Assembly (NCBI GenBank): GCA_951406725.2
Contig: OX597820.1
Coordinates: forward strand, 72,912,001 to 72,976,000
Reading direction: 5' to 3'
DNA from: Octopus vulgaris
Lineage: Eukaryota
Length of the DNA: 64,000 bases
Under the pieces are notes generated by a model. It had not been told where the DNA came from and did not search any database. It saw only the letters and a list, made by a program, of their open reading frames with translations. This document shows positions 14,153 through 27,346 of this stretch, one piece after another. Both the position numbers and the translations under genes were made by a program. How positions within the stretch are numbered: position 1 is the stretch's first letter; each line of letters begins with the position of its first letter.

Positions 14153-14405
14153 ATATATTTTATAGACCCTGAAAGAATGAAAGGCAAAGTCTATCTTAGC
14201 AGCATCTGAGCTCAGAACACAGACAGCCAGAAGAAATGCCGCTAGATATTTTGTTCGGCGCAATGATGATTCTACCTGCTCGCAACCTTAGCGGTAATAT
14301 TAACGGGGAAAGGAATACCTGCAAGAACTGCACAAACAGTAATGGCAAAAATCAAATTCAAGTTAACATGGAGAAACAGAAATATCACCACGTTAAGTAA
14401 TATGG

Positions 14406-14697
14406 TGGAGGCACATGGCCAAGTGGTTAGAGCAGCGGACTCGCGGTCGAGTGATCGCGGGTTCGAATCTCAGACCGATGTGTGTTTATGAGCGAAACAC
14501 CTAAGCTCCACGCGGCTCCGCCAGAAGGTAATGGCGAACTCCTGCTGACTCTTTCGCCATAACTTTCTCTCACTCTTTCCTCTTGCATCTTGCAGCTCAC
14601 CTGCTACGGACCGGCGTCCCATCCAGGTGGGGAACCTATACGCCAAGGAAACCGGGAAACCGGCCCTTATGAGCCAAGCATGGCTCGAGAAGGAATT
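14406..14697 (+). mobile_element. SINE family B (tRNA-Arg-like head)
   Basis: tggccaagtggttagagcagcggactcgcggtcgagtgatcgcgggttcgaatc. Related copies at 32609-33135 (+) and 53870-54128 (-). Confidence 0.8.
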
Positions 14698-14714
14698 TAT
14701 CAAAGTAATGTGAG

Positions 14715-15025
14715 ATTCCGTCCTGCACCGGTGCTCTCTATCTCCTTGTGTGCATGAGAGAGATGGAATCTTACGGCAGAGATACAGAGAAAGATATTGG
14801 AAACGATATGCTGCTGTAGCATCTTCGGCATCTCTTATTTGTACTACATTACTAATGAGCAGGATCACGAAATCGTCAAACGTCTCAAAAATCCCATGAA
14901 GGCCTTTTCGCAACAGAGAAGAAGAGAAATCTGAGAAAATATGGTCACGTGACATGATACAATGGCTCATGCAAAAGGCCGTTCTTTGAGGAACAATGGT
15001 GGGCGGAGAAAGGGAGGCTAATGTT
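14715..15025 (+). mobile_element. Decayed RTE-clade LINE RT C-terminal fragment
   Basis: Broken frames give WNLTAEIQRK..IFGISY..ITNE..YGHV, matching the RTE pattern ESWTL..ILGISY.D.ITNE..WYGHV. Confidence 0.65.
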
Positions 15026-15872
15026 TCTGATTCTGAAGGTCACGGTATAATTCTAAAAAGGCCATGAATACAAAACCCTTTACTTACTATTCTGTGTGTA
15101 CGTTTGTATTTGTCCTCAAACCAGCATCGTTTGACGATCAGTGTTGGTTTGTTTACGTTCCCGCAACTTAGAGGTTCAGCAAAAATGACCGACAGAATAA
15201 GCGCCTGATTTAAAAAAAAGAAAAATACTGGGATCAATTTATTTAATTAAAACTCTTGAGGGCTGTACCCCAGAATGGCCACAGTCCTACGACTGGAACA
15301 AATAAAGAGAAAAATAATATTTCCGATAAATAAAAACAAATCCATAACGACAACAACAAAATACTGGAAACAAAAACAGCGGAATACTTTCCGAAGAAAA
15401 GCATGAGAAGTCAAATGCACCTCGTTGGAATGTATTATTAATAATAAAAAGATGGATTGTGAAGGAATATCGATTTTCCCCAAAACGATGCAATAGCAAA
15501 AAGCTGAAAACCGCTGATATAAGAATCAGATTGGACTAGATTGGAAATGATATTGAGTGGAAATTTATTTTACGCTTCGTAAAAGATTACTTATAAAACA
15601 AAGATTGTTCGTATATACATGGCTATGTGGTAAGAAGCTCGCTTCGCAACCAGGTGGCTTCGGGTTAAGTTCCACTGCGCAGCATGTTGGGTAAAGTGTC
15701 CTCTGCTAGTGGACTAATAATGTTTTGTGAGCGAATTTAGTAGACGAAAATTGCATGGAAGCCTGCCGTAAATATGTGTATGTGTGCGTGTATGTATGTA
15801 TGTATGTATGTATGTATGTATGTATGTATGTATGTGTATGTGTGCGTGTATGTATGTGCGTGTATATATATA

Positions 15873-15917
<45 letters not shown>

Positions 15918-16077
15918 GCACAAGAGTGTCTGCGTGGTAAGTAGCTTGCTTACCAACCACATGGTTCCGGGTTCAGTCCCACTGCGTGGCACCTTGGGCA
16001 AGTGTCTTCTACTATAGCGTTGACCCGACTAATGCTTTGTGAGTGGATTTGGTAGACGTAAACTGAAAGAACCCTGT

Positions 16078-16124
<47 letters not shown>

Positions 16125-16151
16125 ATATTTATATATATATTTATATATATG

Positions 16152-16191
<40 letters not shown>

Positions 16192-16416
16192 TGTGTCTGC
16201 ATTTGTCCCCTAACTTAGCTTGTCTCCCGTAACTTAGCAGTTCGGCAAAAGAGACCCATACAATAAGTACTAGGCTTACTAAAAATAAGTTCTGGGGTCG
16301 ATTTGCTCGACTAAAGGTTGTGCCCCAGCGTGGCTTCGGTCAAATGGACTGAAATAAATAAAAGAATAAATAAAAGAATAAAAGAATAAAGATATATATA
16401 TATACACATATATAAA

Positions 16417-16567
16417 CAGTAATCCCTCGCCATATCGCGGTTCACCTATCGCGCATTTCGTATATCGCATGTTTCTGCGGCCGATAGGTATTTATACATT
16501 TTTAGATTTTAATTATTACTGTGGGAAGTTTTGAAACGTAACACTTGCGATAATCGAGGGATTACTG
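16417..16567. mobile_element. pogo/Tigger-like MITE
   Basis: TIRs CAGTAATCCCTCG / CGAGGGATTACTG followed by TA. Second copy at 21155-21392. Confidence 0.85.
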
Positions 16568-16636
16568 TAAACATACATACATACATACATACATACATAC
16601 ATACATACATACATACATACATACATACATACATTA

Positions 16637-16794
16637 TTGCAAGGAAGAAAGTAAATTTCGAACGCAGTTAAGCTGTAAGAATAGCAGAGGAATCTTGGGT
16701 CTTTACCCTTCTAAGACGGAAATAGGGTAAATACCCAATCTTTCTCTGCTGTCCTTACACCTTTACTACGTTCAAAATTTACTTTTTGTCTGCA
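16637..16794. repeat. ~160 bp imperfect palindrome (MITE-like)
   Basis: aaagtaaatttcgaacgcag...tttaccct pairs with agggtaaa...ctacgttcaaaatttacttt. Confidence 0.75.
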
Positions 16795-16839
16795 AAATAC
16801 GAACCACATTCGACGCTTCTAAAGTTTGTTTACAAGAAG

Positions 16840-16897
<58 letters not shown>

Positions 16898-16900
<3 letters not shown>

Positions 16901-17267
16901 AATACACACAATATATGTTTTTATGTGCTACTATTAGTTACATGTGCTGAGATCATGCCAGACAGTATTTTTTACCACGTCTGGTGTTTTAGCACAATCA
17001 TCAGGTACTGCCCACGACGAACTAAAAATGGGACAGTAAGATAAGAGAAAACGAGAAAAGTCGAGAAAGAAGTAGATATAAAAGGTGGAAAGCTGAAAAA
17101 CCTTTCTCGTCGCTCAGCCTTTCCTCCCATTTTTAGTTCGTTATGCCATGTAGGTAGAGCCTGATGATTGGGTTAAAACACCTTAAGCGATAGAAAAAAT
17201 TGTCTGCCAAGCTCTGAGCACATGAAACTAATAGCAGCTCATAAAAACATATATTGTATTTATTAAA
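16898..17267. mobile_element. Foldback element with a hammerhead-like motif in each arm
   Basis: ~160 bp imperfect inverted arms. CTGATGA at 17161 (+) and 17004-16998 (-); GAAA at 17224. Confidence 0.7.
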
Positions 17268-17643
17268 CAATATTTATCACGCACCAGATGGAGAACTATT
17301 TTTGTTGATTTTAACATCACGGAACAGTACACTTAACATTTCATGCCTTGTTAAAATATCGAATAGTGCGTTATTAGCCTTGGGAGATCCTTTCCTATTG
17401 GCGCTTGGTGCATAAGAGCACGAATATAGATTGTAGCAGGCGTGATATGAGAATTCTGGTGGCCATTGCAGACGATTCTTGTCTGCTGCGATCGATGTGT
17501 GCACTTCTATGTATCAAGCACTTATAAGAGAGAATCTCTGAATAACGCAGTATTCGGTGTTGTGACAAGACACCCATGATAAGTTGTATATACATTCACA
17601 CACACACATACACACACACACACACAAGCACACACACACATAT

Positions 17644-17735
<92 letters not shown>

Positions 17736-17739
17736 TATA

Positions 17740-17930
17740 TAAAATCCGTTCTGTCTGCCTGTGTGTGTGTCTTCTAGGATCTCGGACATCCTCCATCCGA
17801 TTGCGCTTAAATTTGATATGTAGATACCAACGGTATCAGGGCGTGTATAAGCCTTGAAAAAATTACAAAAATCAATTCCAGGGGATAATACGATCGATAA
17901 AGCCGTGGGAACGTGCATTTGTAAAATCAT
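17740..17930 (+). mobile_element. Non-autonomous Helitron-like 5' fragment
   Basis: tataaaatccgttctgtctgcctgtgtg...ccgattgcgcttaaatttgatatgtag, similar to Lep1-type Helitron 5' regions. Confidence 0.45.
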
Positions 17931-18111
17931 TTTTCTTGGAATAGAAAAAAGTCTATCTTTATTTCTTCTTTTGCTGGTGTCTCAAGTTTAGGTTAAATCA
18001 GTGTTTCTCAAAGGGGAGGCCTTTTGGACGGTCGGACAAGTTGTTTTGACAAAATTTGGTTTAAATGTTTGACAACTCAGCACCGTCCATTGGACGGGGG
18101 CTTGCGTTTTG

Positions 18112-18154
<43 letters not shown>

Positions 18155-18467
18155 CATTTTGTATGTGCATATGCATGGAAGTATGCATGCATGCATGTAT
18201 ATGAATATAATATTAAAGATACATGCACACAACTACACTCACACACATATCTATAGTGATCAACAATTGTGAAAGATAAAATAAGAACGAGGTGTAAGTA
18301 TTAGTTTCATGCCCTTAGTGGCGCCTTTGGCGTTTCAAGCTTACACCACTCGTCAGAAAGTTACATAGAAAGAAATGTGCAGAAGAGCAGAAAAAAATAC
18401 CGGGTGAAGGGAGAAATTGTTGTTGGTCTGAGTCAAGTAATACTGATGACGTCCATACATGCATACC

Positions 18468-18504
<37 letters not shown>

Positions 18505-18512
18505 TATTTATG

Positions 18513-18576
<64 letters not shown>

Positions 18577-18700
18577 GTATATGTTTGCAGAAATATGCAT
18601 ACTTATATAACATATTATATATGCGTATATATTATTCATACACATGCACACTCATATATATATATATATATGCAACTTATTATATCAATATGTATACGTG

Positions 18701-18753
<53 letters not shown>

Positions 18754-18965
18754 TATATGCGTGTGTGTGTGTTTGACTTAGGTACACATACGTCCAAATT
18801 ATGTATATATATGTGTATGTATATAGTACATATATTATTATTACTGTACATACACATGTATACATAATTTAGATGTATGTACAGTACATAAATTATTCGG
18901 TCGGATGTTTTGTGTGTGTGTGTATGTATGTTTGTTCATGTGTTTGTATTTGTGTGTGTGTATGT

Positions 18966-19019
<54 letters not shown>

Positions 19020-19044
19020 TTGTGTTTGTATTTGTGTTTGTGTT

Positions 19045-19088
<44 letters not shown>

Positions 19089-19587
19089 CGTGTGTGTGTA
19101 TTTGTGTGTACGCGCTGTGAATTTATTCAAGTTTTATTGAATTGCTAAAGAGAAGCACCGATATCGTGTGTCTAGCACACCTGACGCGGATATTGAGTTA
19201 TTCAATCGAGTTTCAATAAGGCAAAGCCAAATAACAGAGTGAAAGACAAGGGAGAGGTGAAGGGTGTCTGTAATAGAGAGAGAGAGAGAGAGAGGGGGAG
19301 GGAGAGAGCGAGTAAGGGAAAAGGAGTAGGCGGGCGGAAAAAAAAATAACAAGAGGTATAGAAAACGAAAACAAAGTAATGGTATGAACGAAGCGATGGG
19401 AGGCTTTCCGTTCTAGCGAATGCTTGTTTATTCGTCACATCAAATATTGGTAGAGAAGGAAAATAAATAGAGAAATAATAAAAAAAAAAAAAAAAAATGC
19501 GAGAAACTTGTTTTGCTGTAGAGGCTGACTCATCAGGTTTTTGTTATTGTTCACGTTGTTGTCGTTGTTGTTGTTTTTGCTGGCACC

Positions 19588-19622
<35 letters not shown>

Positions 19623-19660
19623 ATTATAGAAGGAGCTTCTACAGGACTAGAACTGTTTCA

Positions 19661-19713
<53 letters not shown>

Positions 19714-21019
19714 TTATATGTATGTATGTATGTATGTATATTTTTTTGTATCATTGGAAAGAAGAAAGCCATACAATTTGATGTGTATATGTTTACGTTT
19801 GGTCTTTGTGTTTTTGCATCCAGTACAATCGTACAGTTGTACTGTTGTACAGATGGACTTAAAACATATGAATTAAGGAAAAAGAAATCTAATGCAACGA
19901 GTACATATTTGCATATTCTGCAATGCAAGCAAGATCTTGTGCTCAGCTAGAGTAATTTAATCAAGATAAAGTGAAAGTAGAAGGTGAAACGCTTGTGTGA
20001 TAACTATGAAGCATACATATATGTTTAGCCATACAGACATAAACATCATACATACACAGACACACATGCGTATGCATGTGATAATATATATATATGCATG
20101 TATGTATATATATATTTATATACATAATATATATATGTATGAATGTATATATATATATATATCCATGCATTTATATACACATTGGTATACATAATATTTA
20201 TGTATAAATGTGTGTATATGTATATGTATATATATATATGTATATGTATGTATGTATGCATGTATGTATGTATGTATGTGTGTATTGTGTGTGTGTGTAT
20301 GTATGTTTGTGTGTATATATGTACATGTGTATGTATGTTTGTGCATGTATGCATATACATATGTATGTATGTATGCATGTATATACGTATATACGTATGT
20401 ATGTATGTATGTATGTATGTGTGTATGTATGTATGTATGTATGTATGTATGTATGTATGTATGTATGTATGTATGTATGTATGTATGTATGTATGTATGT
20501 GCGTATGTAAGGCTTGATTGTTTTCCAAATAAATTACATCTTAAGAAAGAGACGGACGTCGGGAATTAAAGATTATGCTACATTGCCAGCTTCCCAAAGT
20601 TAAGGATCTTTATTCAGAAAATTTAAAGAACTGAAATAAAAACAAAAAGGTAACACATTCATACTCACCCCACCCGCACACAAACACACATACATATACA
20701 TACATATATATACACACATACAATATTCCTTCACCTGATGCGAAGAATCGATGAAATAGTTTTCAATAAAACGTGGTTGTTTTTTTTATCAATCTGCTAA
20801 ACAGATATCACTAGAAAACTGAGCCTTGGAGAAACCTTAGATATAGGTTCACTCCCAGTGCCCGACACTTTGGACAAGTGTCTTCCACTATAGCACCTGA
20901 TCAACCAATGCTTTGTGAGTGAATTAAGTAGACGGAAACTGTGTAGAAGCTTGTCGTATATATATATATATATATATATACATAAAATCAAAATAAGCAA
21001 CAGGATATAAAAAAATGAT

Positions 21020-21103
21020 GCAGTACGACCGTTTCAAGCGGCTCTATTTAATTGAACAATGCAATCATTACATCAGTTTAAATGCAGGGCTATCATCAGC
21101 TGC
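21020..21103 (-). ncRNA. Type I hammerhead ribozyme motif with long stem II
   Basis: Minus strand: gcag CTGATGA t agc...gct t GAAA cggtc GTA ctgc. Confidence 0.7.
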
Positions 21104-21154
21104 GCAAATAAATAAATAGAATTTTAATCAGTCGGACACATTAATATATATATA

Positions 21155-21392
21155 CATTAATTCTTCGCTATATCGCGGTTCACCTATCGCTGTTCATCTA
21201 TCGTGGTTTATTATTTAAGCTTTCATCGATTCCTCCGTGGTGTTGTTTTGTATTTATAATAAAATAAATATATAAAAATTCTGAAAATAATAATAAGAAA
21301 ACATACAGTACAGTGCTGTTTCTACTTCGTGGTTTTTCATCTCTCGCAGGTTTTTTTTAAACGTAACACCCGCAATAGTCGAGGGATTACTG
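21155..21392. mobile_element. pogo/Tigger-like MITE, second copy
   Basis: Same termini as 16417-16567; left TIR degenerate. Confidence 0.75.
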
Positions 21393-21964
21393 TATAAATA
21401 TGTGTGTGCGTGTTTGCGTTTGTGTGTATATATGTATGAATATGTAGGTGTGTATATATTTATATGTATAAGTATGCGTGTGTGCGAGTATGTGTGTGTG
21501 TGTGGGTCGCCTTGTGTTTGGGCTTGTCTTAACAACTAGTTTGTGTACGTACCCGTAACTAAGCGGTCCGGCAAAAGAGGCTAATAGAATAAGTACCAAA
21601 CCTAGAAATAACTACTGGAGTCGGTTTGTTAAGCTAAACCCTTAAATACGGTGACCCCAGATTGGTCGCAGTCCAATGACTAAAGCAAGTAAAACGCAAA
21701 ATGTTAAATAAAGCATAGAAATCAGTGTCCATGACCTCTAATAGTTCAACATAAATCCTATCGATTCAATACCTGTTTTCTTGAAGCTCTTCTCCTGCAG
21801 TAGCGATGCTAGGGACGGGGGTGGACCACCCTGGGTAATGCTTTTATGATGGCATTGGCACTTTTGGGTTTTTCAGTATAAGCCTTGGTAGAAGTTAGTG
21901 GGTGTGGAGACAAACTCATAGGCTGCTCCAGACGCACACCCTCTAGTTACACCCTGTTCTGTTC

Positions 21965-22185
21965 ATCTCTGTAAGGCCCAGGCGTTCATGGCCCTTAGTG
22001 TATGATTTGCGATCTCATGACTGCCTACCTCCACAAGAAAATATCTTATTCTCCACTCATTCTTGAAGCAGTCTTTAACCACCTCCTGGTCCTTAGCTTT
22101 CTTGCTCTCTTATATCTCCTCTATCCTCTCGTCCCAGAGCACAAAGTTGATTATAGCCATTATCAAATATTCTTTCAGTCATTCT
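21965..22185 (-). mobile_element. HERO/NeSL-like non-LTR restriction-like endonuclease fragment
   Basis: Minus frame VLWDERIEEI*ESKKAKDQEVVKDCFKNEWRIRYFLVEVGSH matches the RLE pattern TVPWE..IEEA.ERK..KY..L..C..GW....PVEVG. Confidence 0.7.
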
Positions 22186-22984
22186 AAGATCTAGTAAACA
22201 CGAGCAAACCTCAACATCAGTGAGTGTTAGGTTTCTAATAGACTCGAACATTTTTGAACTTATCACCGAACTTATCAAACTTCAAGCGTCCTTCTTGCTG
22301 CTTTTCCCCATTTTTTAAAAATAATTTGGATACCAGTGTTATCTCCCTTGACTTTCTTAAGCTAATTAAATCTAATTCATTTTATATTTTCTTCATTAAG
22401 GCGGCCATCTTAATTGATTAAAAATTCTTTTGGTCCACATCATTAAGCTTGTTAGTCGCCATTGTTACACTTTACTATAATTATATTCCTTTTCTCCATC
22501 TTGGAGGAATTGCTGGTTTAGTAAAATATTTGTGAAGTGGGAATATTCCATTGATGTCAACTGGCATAATCTGCTTGTAATGTAATACAAGGCAAATGAA
22601 TCCAGCATATACACACATATTTGCATGAAAGTATTTCATTTGAATATATTGATTTCTTTTGTGTATGCCCTGAGCCCCGACAAAAGCTGAGAAAAGAGGT
22701 GTTGTGTCATGTCTTTCTCAAGGGGAATGGTGACATACGAATTTTTCGTTGTTGCATGGTATTCTCTACAATTAATTCAACACAGTATTATTCATAAAAC
22801 ACATACCTCAGTGTGTGTATGTGTGTGTGTGTGTGCACTTAAAATGAAAAGAACAGAAATGCATTTTACATTTATAAACATGAAAATGCTTCCAAGTAGA
22901 AGAGAAAAAAATGGCTTATTCTCCTTTACTACTTCTACCCAGAGGGTTGTTATGTATGTATATCTATGTATATGTATATACATA

Positions 22985-23038
<54 letters not shown>

Positions 23039-23162
23039 TACATATATATATACATATGTAATTGGTTAGATGTCTCCACAAGTTAGAAAAGGTACACTCT
23101 AAAAGAGAAATTGAGCAATTATACCTTTATATTGTTGAGCAGTATATTCCTGGTTATGGCAC

Positions 23163-23256
<94 letters not shown>

Positions 23257-24261
23257 ACGGAGACAGAAAGAAGTGAAAGTGAGGGAAACTTAATCCATAA
23301 ATTCATGGCGATGAATAAGCAGCGTGCTTACTTATATTTCTCCTTTTCACCAAAAACAGTGTTTCGGTATTTTGTTCTTTTAAAGAAAGGATTAGGAATT
23401 TTGAAGATGTCGGATGCATGAATGTGGCTTGAGTAGGCTTAACAGAAAAAAGGCACCTGACATGTATATGGGATTTATTATCTTGAGAGGAACAACCCCA
23501 GGTTACACTTCAGCACTACAACAACATCCACTGAGATCGGAAATTATGTGACTATAATGGAAGTTTTACATTCTCGCTTGAAATATTAGATGCAAAAACC
23601 GAGTCTTCCTTAAACCAGATCTTGTTGCTTTCAAATACAGAATGAATACACATGTTAACATAAGCCTAGATACACTGTTCCCCAAGAGAAAAGAACGATA
23701 GTCACGACAGGAATGTCTTCGACTGTAGAACTGCGCCCATGCTGTGACATCACCCCGAGGATATTTTGTTGAACAAATCGATCCCAGTATTTATTTTAAT
23801 TTTCAAATCTGAGAATTACTCTATCGGTCTCTTTTGCTAAAGCGCTAGGTTACTGTGAGGTAAATAAACCAGCATCGGTTTGTCAAGCGGTATCTAGGGT
23901 GACAGTGACAGATATAAAGTCTAAGATATATATATATATATGTATGTGTGTGTATGTATGTTTGAATACATATGTATATATATATGTATAAATATATATG
24001 TATAAATATATATGTATGTATACATATGCATACATATACATACTTATATATACATACATACATACATACATACACATATATAAATATATATGTACACACA
24101 CTCACACACACATACACATATTTGTAAAGGTAATTTACCCAATATTTCTGTTTTCCTAATCGGGTTTCTGCGTCCGAAAGTAAATCACCATCTTATTTGC
24201 ATCTTACAATACACATTTCGATGCTTCTAAAAAACAAATATTAGTTTGTTTATATTTACAT

Positions 24262-24367
24262 ATGCGTAGTTGTCCAAGATTGCGGATTGATTTGTCAACG
24301 GGAAGTTTAGCTTAATGCGTAGTTGTCCAAGATTGCGGATTGATTTGTCAACGGGAAGTTTAGCTTA
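24262..24367. repeat. Perfect 53-bp tandem duplication
   Basis: atgcgtagttgtcc...gtttagctta x2. Confidence 0.95.
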
Positions 24368-24845
24368 ATGGTAAAGCACTTACCCGGAATCTTCAAAAGC
24401 TGTGGGTTGGAGTCCCATGGCTGTTTGTTGACTCATTACCTTATTTGTACAATACATATGTCGAATTATATATATATATATATATATAATTCTTCTTTGT
24501 CGCTATGTGTATCAAAGCAAATAAACTATAAATAATAGGGTGCAAATATTGGGTGAAAAGCCTTTGTAAGCCTAACCTTAACCTTTCTAAACGGGAAATG
24601 TGGGTTCAAGTCCTACGGGCAGCGTTCTACTTTTTCCATTAAAAGGGTTTTTAACCGAATATTTACATATTATTATTTAGATATTTAGATTGTTGTCTAT
24701 TTGCGGTATACTTCTCCGGAAAAAATTCATAATCTCTCAAAGCTTAAAAATTCTTATGACGTGAACAATACACGCACTCGCGCATGCGCGTGCACACACA
24801 CGTATATGTACATATGTATATATATGTGTATGATATATATGTATA

Positions 24846-25490
24846 TCTCTCCTCATTTTTAATTATCATAAATCTTCCACTGAGTAGGGAGCCGGTTTCC
24901 AACAAAGATACAAGGCTCCATCTTTGGGATGGAGTTAACTCAAATTCACATTGGGAACTTGAGAAAAGTCTTGATATTTTTACTGTTCCACTCACAGATT
25001 GCACTTGTAATGTACGAATTAGCTGGTCGCTTTCTCTTTCTGAAAATCCCAGTTTATCCAGATTCTCCTTTAAGCATTTACTAACAAAACTTAGTGCTAC
25101 AATTATTATTGATATGAATATGAATTCATAGTCTGGATATAGAAGCTGGAGGCTTCGAAGCAGTTGGCCATAGATATCCTCTTTTCCTTTGATTTTCAAA
25201 GAGATATTCGTATCTGTAGGGCAGCTGACCTCTATGATGGTACATACCTTTGCCCTTCTGTCACAAACAACAATACCCGGCCTGTTATGTTTACAATTGA
25301 CAGAAGTTTTGATGGGAATATTCCACCAGTATTCTTTGAGTTGATGTTTATGAATGTATTCCATAAGAGGGATTGTCTAAGTATATTTCAGGACAGTCAT
25401 TTTTGCGGATGGCATTGTAAATTGTTTTAGCAATAGCATCGTGCAGCACATGGAGGTAGTACTGTGACGACATTTTAGAACAGGTATTAA
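24846..25490 (-). mobile_element. R4/Dong-like non-LTR retrotransposon 3' end (RLE domain and 3' UTR)
   Basis: CSKMSSQYY..LHDAIAK (RHD-like motif), KHNRPGIVVCD..CTIIEVSCP..N...K..Y (PD-(D/E)xK RLE). Confidence 0.85.
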
Positions 25491-25747
25491 TAAAGAAATC
25501 TTTTAAATAAAGAAATATTTTAGAACAGGTATGCATATGTATGCATGTGTGTTTATACGACGGACTTCCACGCAGTTTTTGTCTAGCAAATTTTCTCATA
25601 ACCCATTGGTCGGTCCGGCGTTATAGTAGAAGACACTTACCCAAATTACAGCGCAGTGAAACTGAATTCAAAACCACGTGGTTGCAAATCGGGCTTCTTA
25701 ATTACACACTCGTAAACAACAACCGCAACAACAACGAGGACGCCGGC

Positions 25748-25786
<39 letters not shown>

Positions 25787-26585
25787 ATCAGCTATGCCTC
25801 TTGCAGACTGTTACTTTACTCACCAACTAAATAACGATGTCAATGCTGCTTTATTTGGTCGTCCCGGTTGGGAAATATCATCTATCTAAGAAAGTAAGTG
25901 AACGTCTATACTTTGGCTGGCAGACTTGGCTGAACTTATGAATGGCAGCTAGGTTAGAGGTTGAAGATTAGTGACAGTATAAACCCCAACAAAGGTGAAA
26001 CTGTCAAATTTCTGTCTGTAATGTAGGTATTGTTGCTACGTTGGTGATGGTCTTAAGAGTACGGTATGCTACCAATCACTCTTAGCTGTGCTCTGGAATG
26101 TTTTCTTTCACTGTCATATAAAGTCGTTGTATGGAAGATGATTAATAATTAAAATTTCTGATTTTGCTGCGACATATTCTAAAACTGTTTGGCTGTTATC
26201 CGCCAGTTTCTCCACCACTACACTCACCTCTCCACAAGTTTCCAGGTATATTATATTCTAAATTGTTAAACGCCACTCAAAAATATGACAAATCACACCA
26301 AATTATCAAATTATCAACTTTACCGACAGAGGAATGTTATTTGGTAATTCCCAAAAAACAAAAATGACCCTTTAAAAGTAGCATATGTGTGTGTGTGCGT
26401 GCGTGTACGTTGCTGTAAGTCGAAAGAACAAGAAAAGTGTTCTGAATACATGACGTAGTGAATATGGTTTTTCTTTTTCTTTTACTGAAACTGAAGTAGA
26501 GAGTTTGTCTCGTGACTCGAGATTAAAGCCATTGCAATCTTCTGACGAATCATATATACATACAAAAATTATCATCATTATTGTT

Positions 26586-27146
26586 ATCGAGTGAGAGAGC
26601 AGCGCATGCCATCAAAGTGACGCTGGAGTACAAGTATATGTATCCCAGTATATCCATCATGACTACACGTCTGATAAGGGTGCACCAAACACATGCATCA
26701 CAACCATATGTGCGTGACATAGTGATCTCATATCAAGACAAACAGCGCATGACCTTGCAGGTGGGGGTCCAGTTAGAATTTTCTTCAGGTCGAGTAGCCC
26801 ATTCCGCTCAAAAGGTCCCTGAATAAGTTTTATTTAAGGATGATGAACGAAACACCCATGCTTCCAGAGGTGAATTATTCAAAGCTCAAAGAATTTCTCT
26901 CAACACATGGTTATGATGCTCCCCCACTACTTCTGCTTGTGATCAGAGATGCACATATCGTCAGCCACTAAGGGGCATGCTCAGCTGTTTACGGTCAAAC
27001 AACTGACAAGCAAATCTGTGGTATTGAGCAGAATATTTGCTCTAGCCCATCTTTCATACCAAGACAAAACAATGTACATGATAACACTTCCAATCAGTTA
27101 AGATCAGAAGCCATGAGAGCCACTGTCTGGTACTGCATCAGGGCAA
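26586..27146. mobile_element. Putative non-autonomous element bounded by (TAA)/(TCA) trinucleotide tracts
   Basis: 560 bp of complex non-coding sequence sharply bounded by attatcatcattattg and (TTA)n. Confidence 0.5.

Positions 27147-27346
<200 letters not shown>

Noticed and set aside
14406-14475. tRNA gene
   Set aside because: tRNA-like SINE head continuing into a SINE body; no proper acceptor stem.
17999-18112. hAT-like terminus CAGTGTTTCTCAAA
   Set aside because: No matching second TIR or TSD found.
20730-20780. Possible additional hammerhead (CTGATGC..GAAA)
   Set aside because: Core and stems too degenerate to support.
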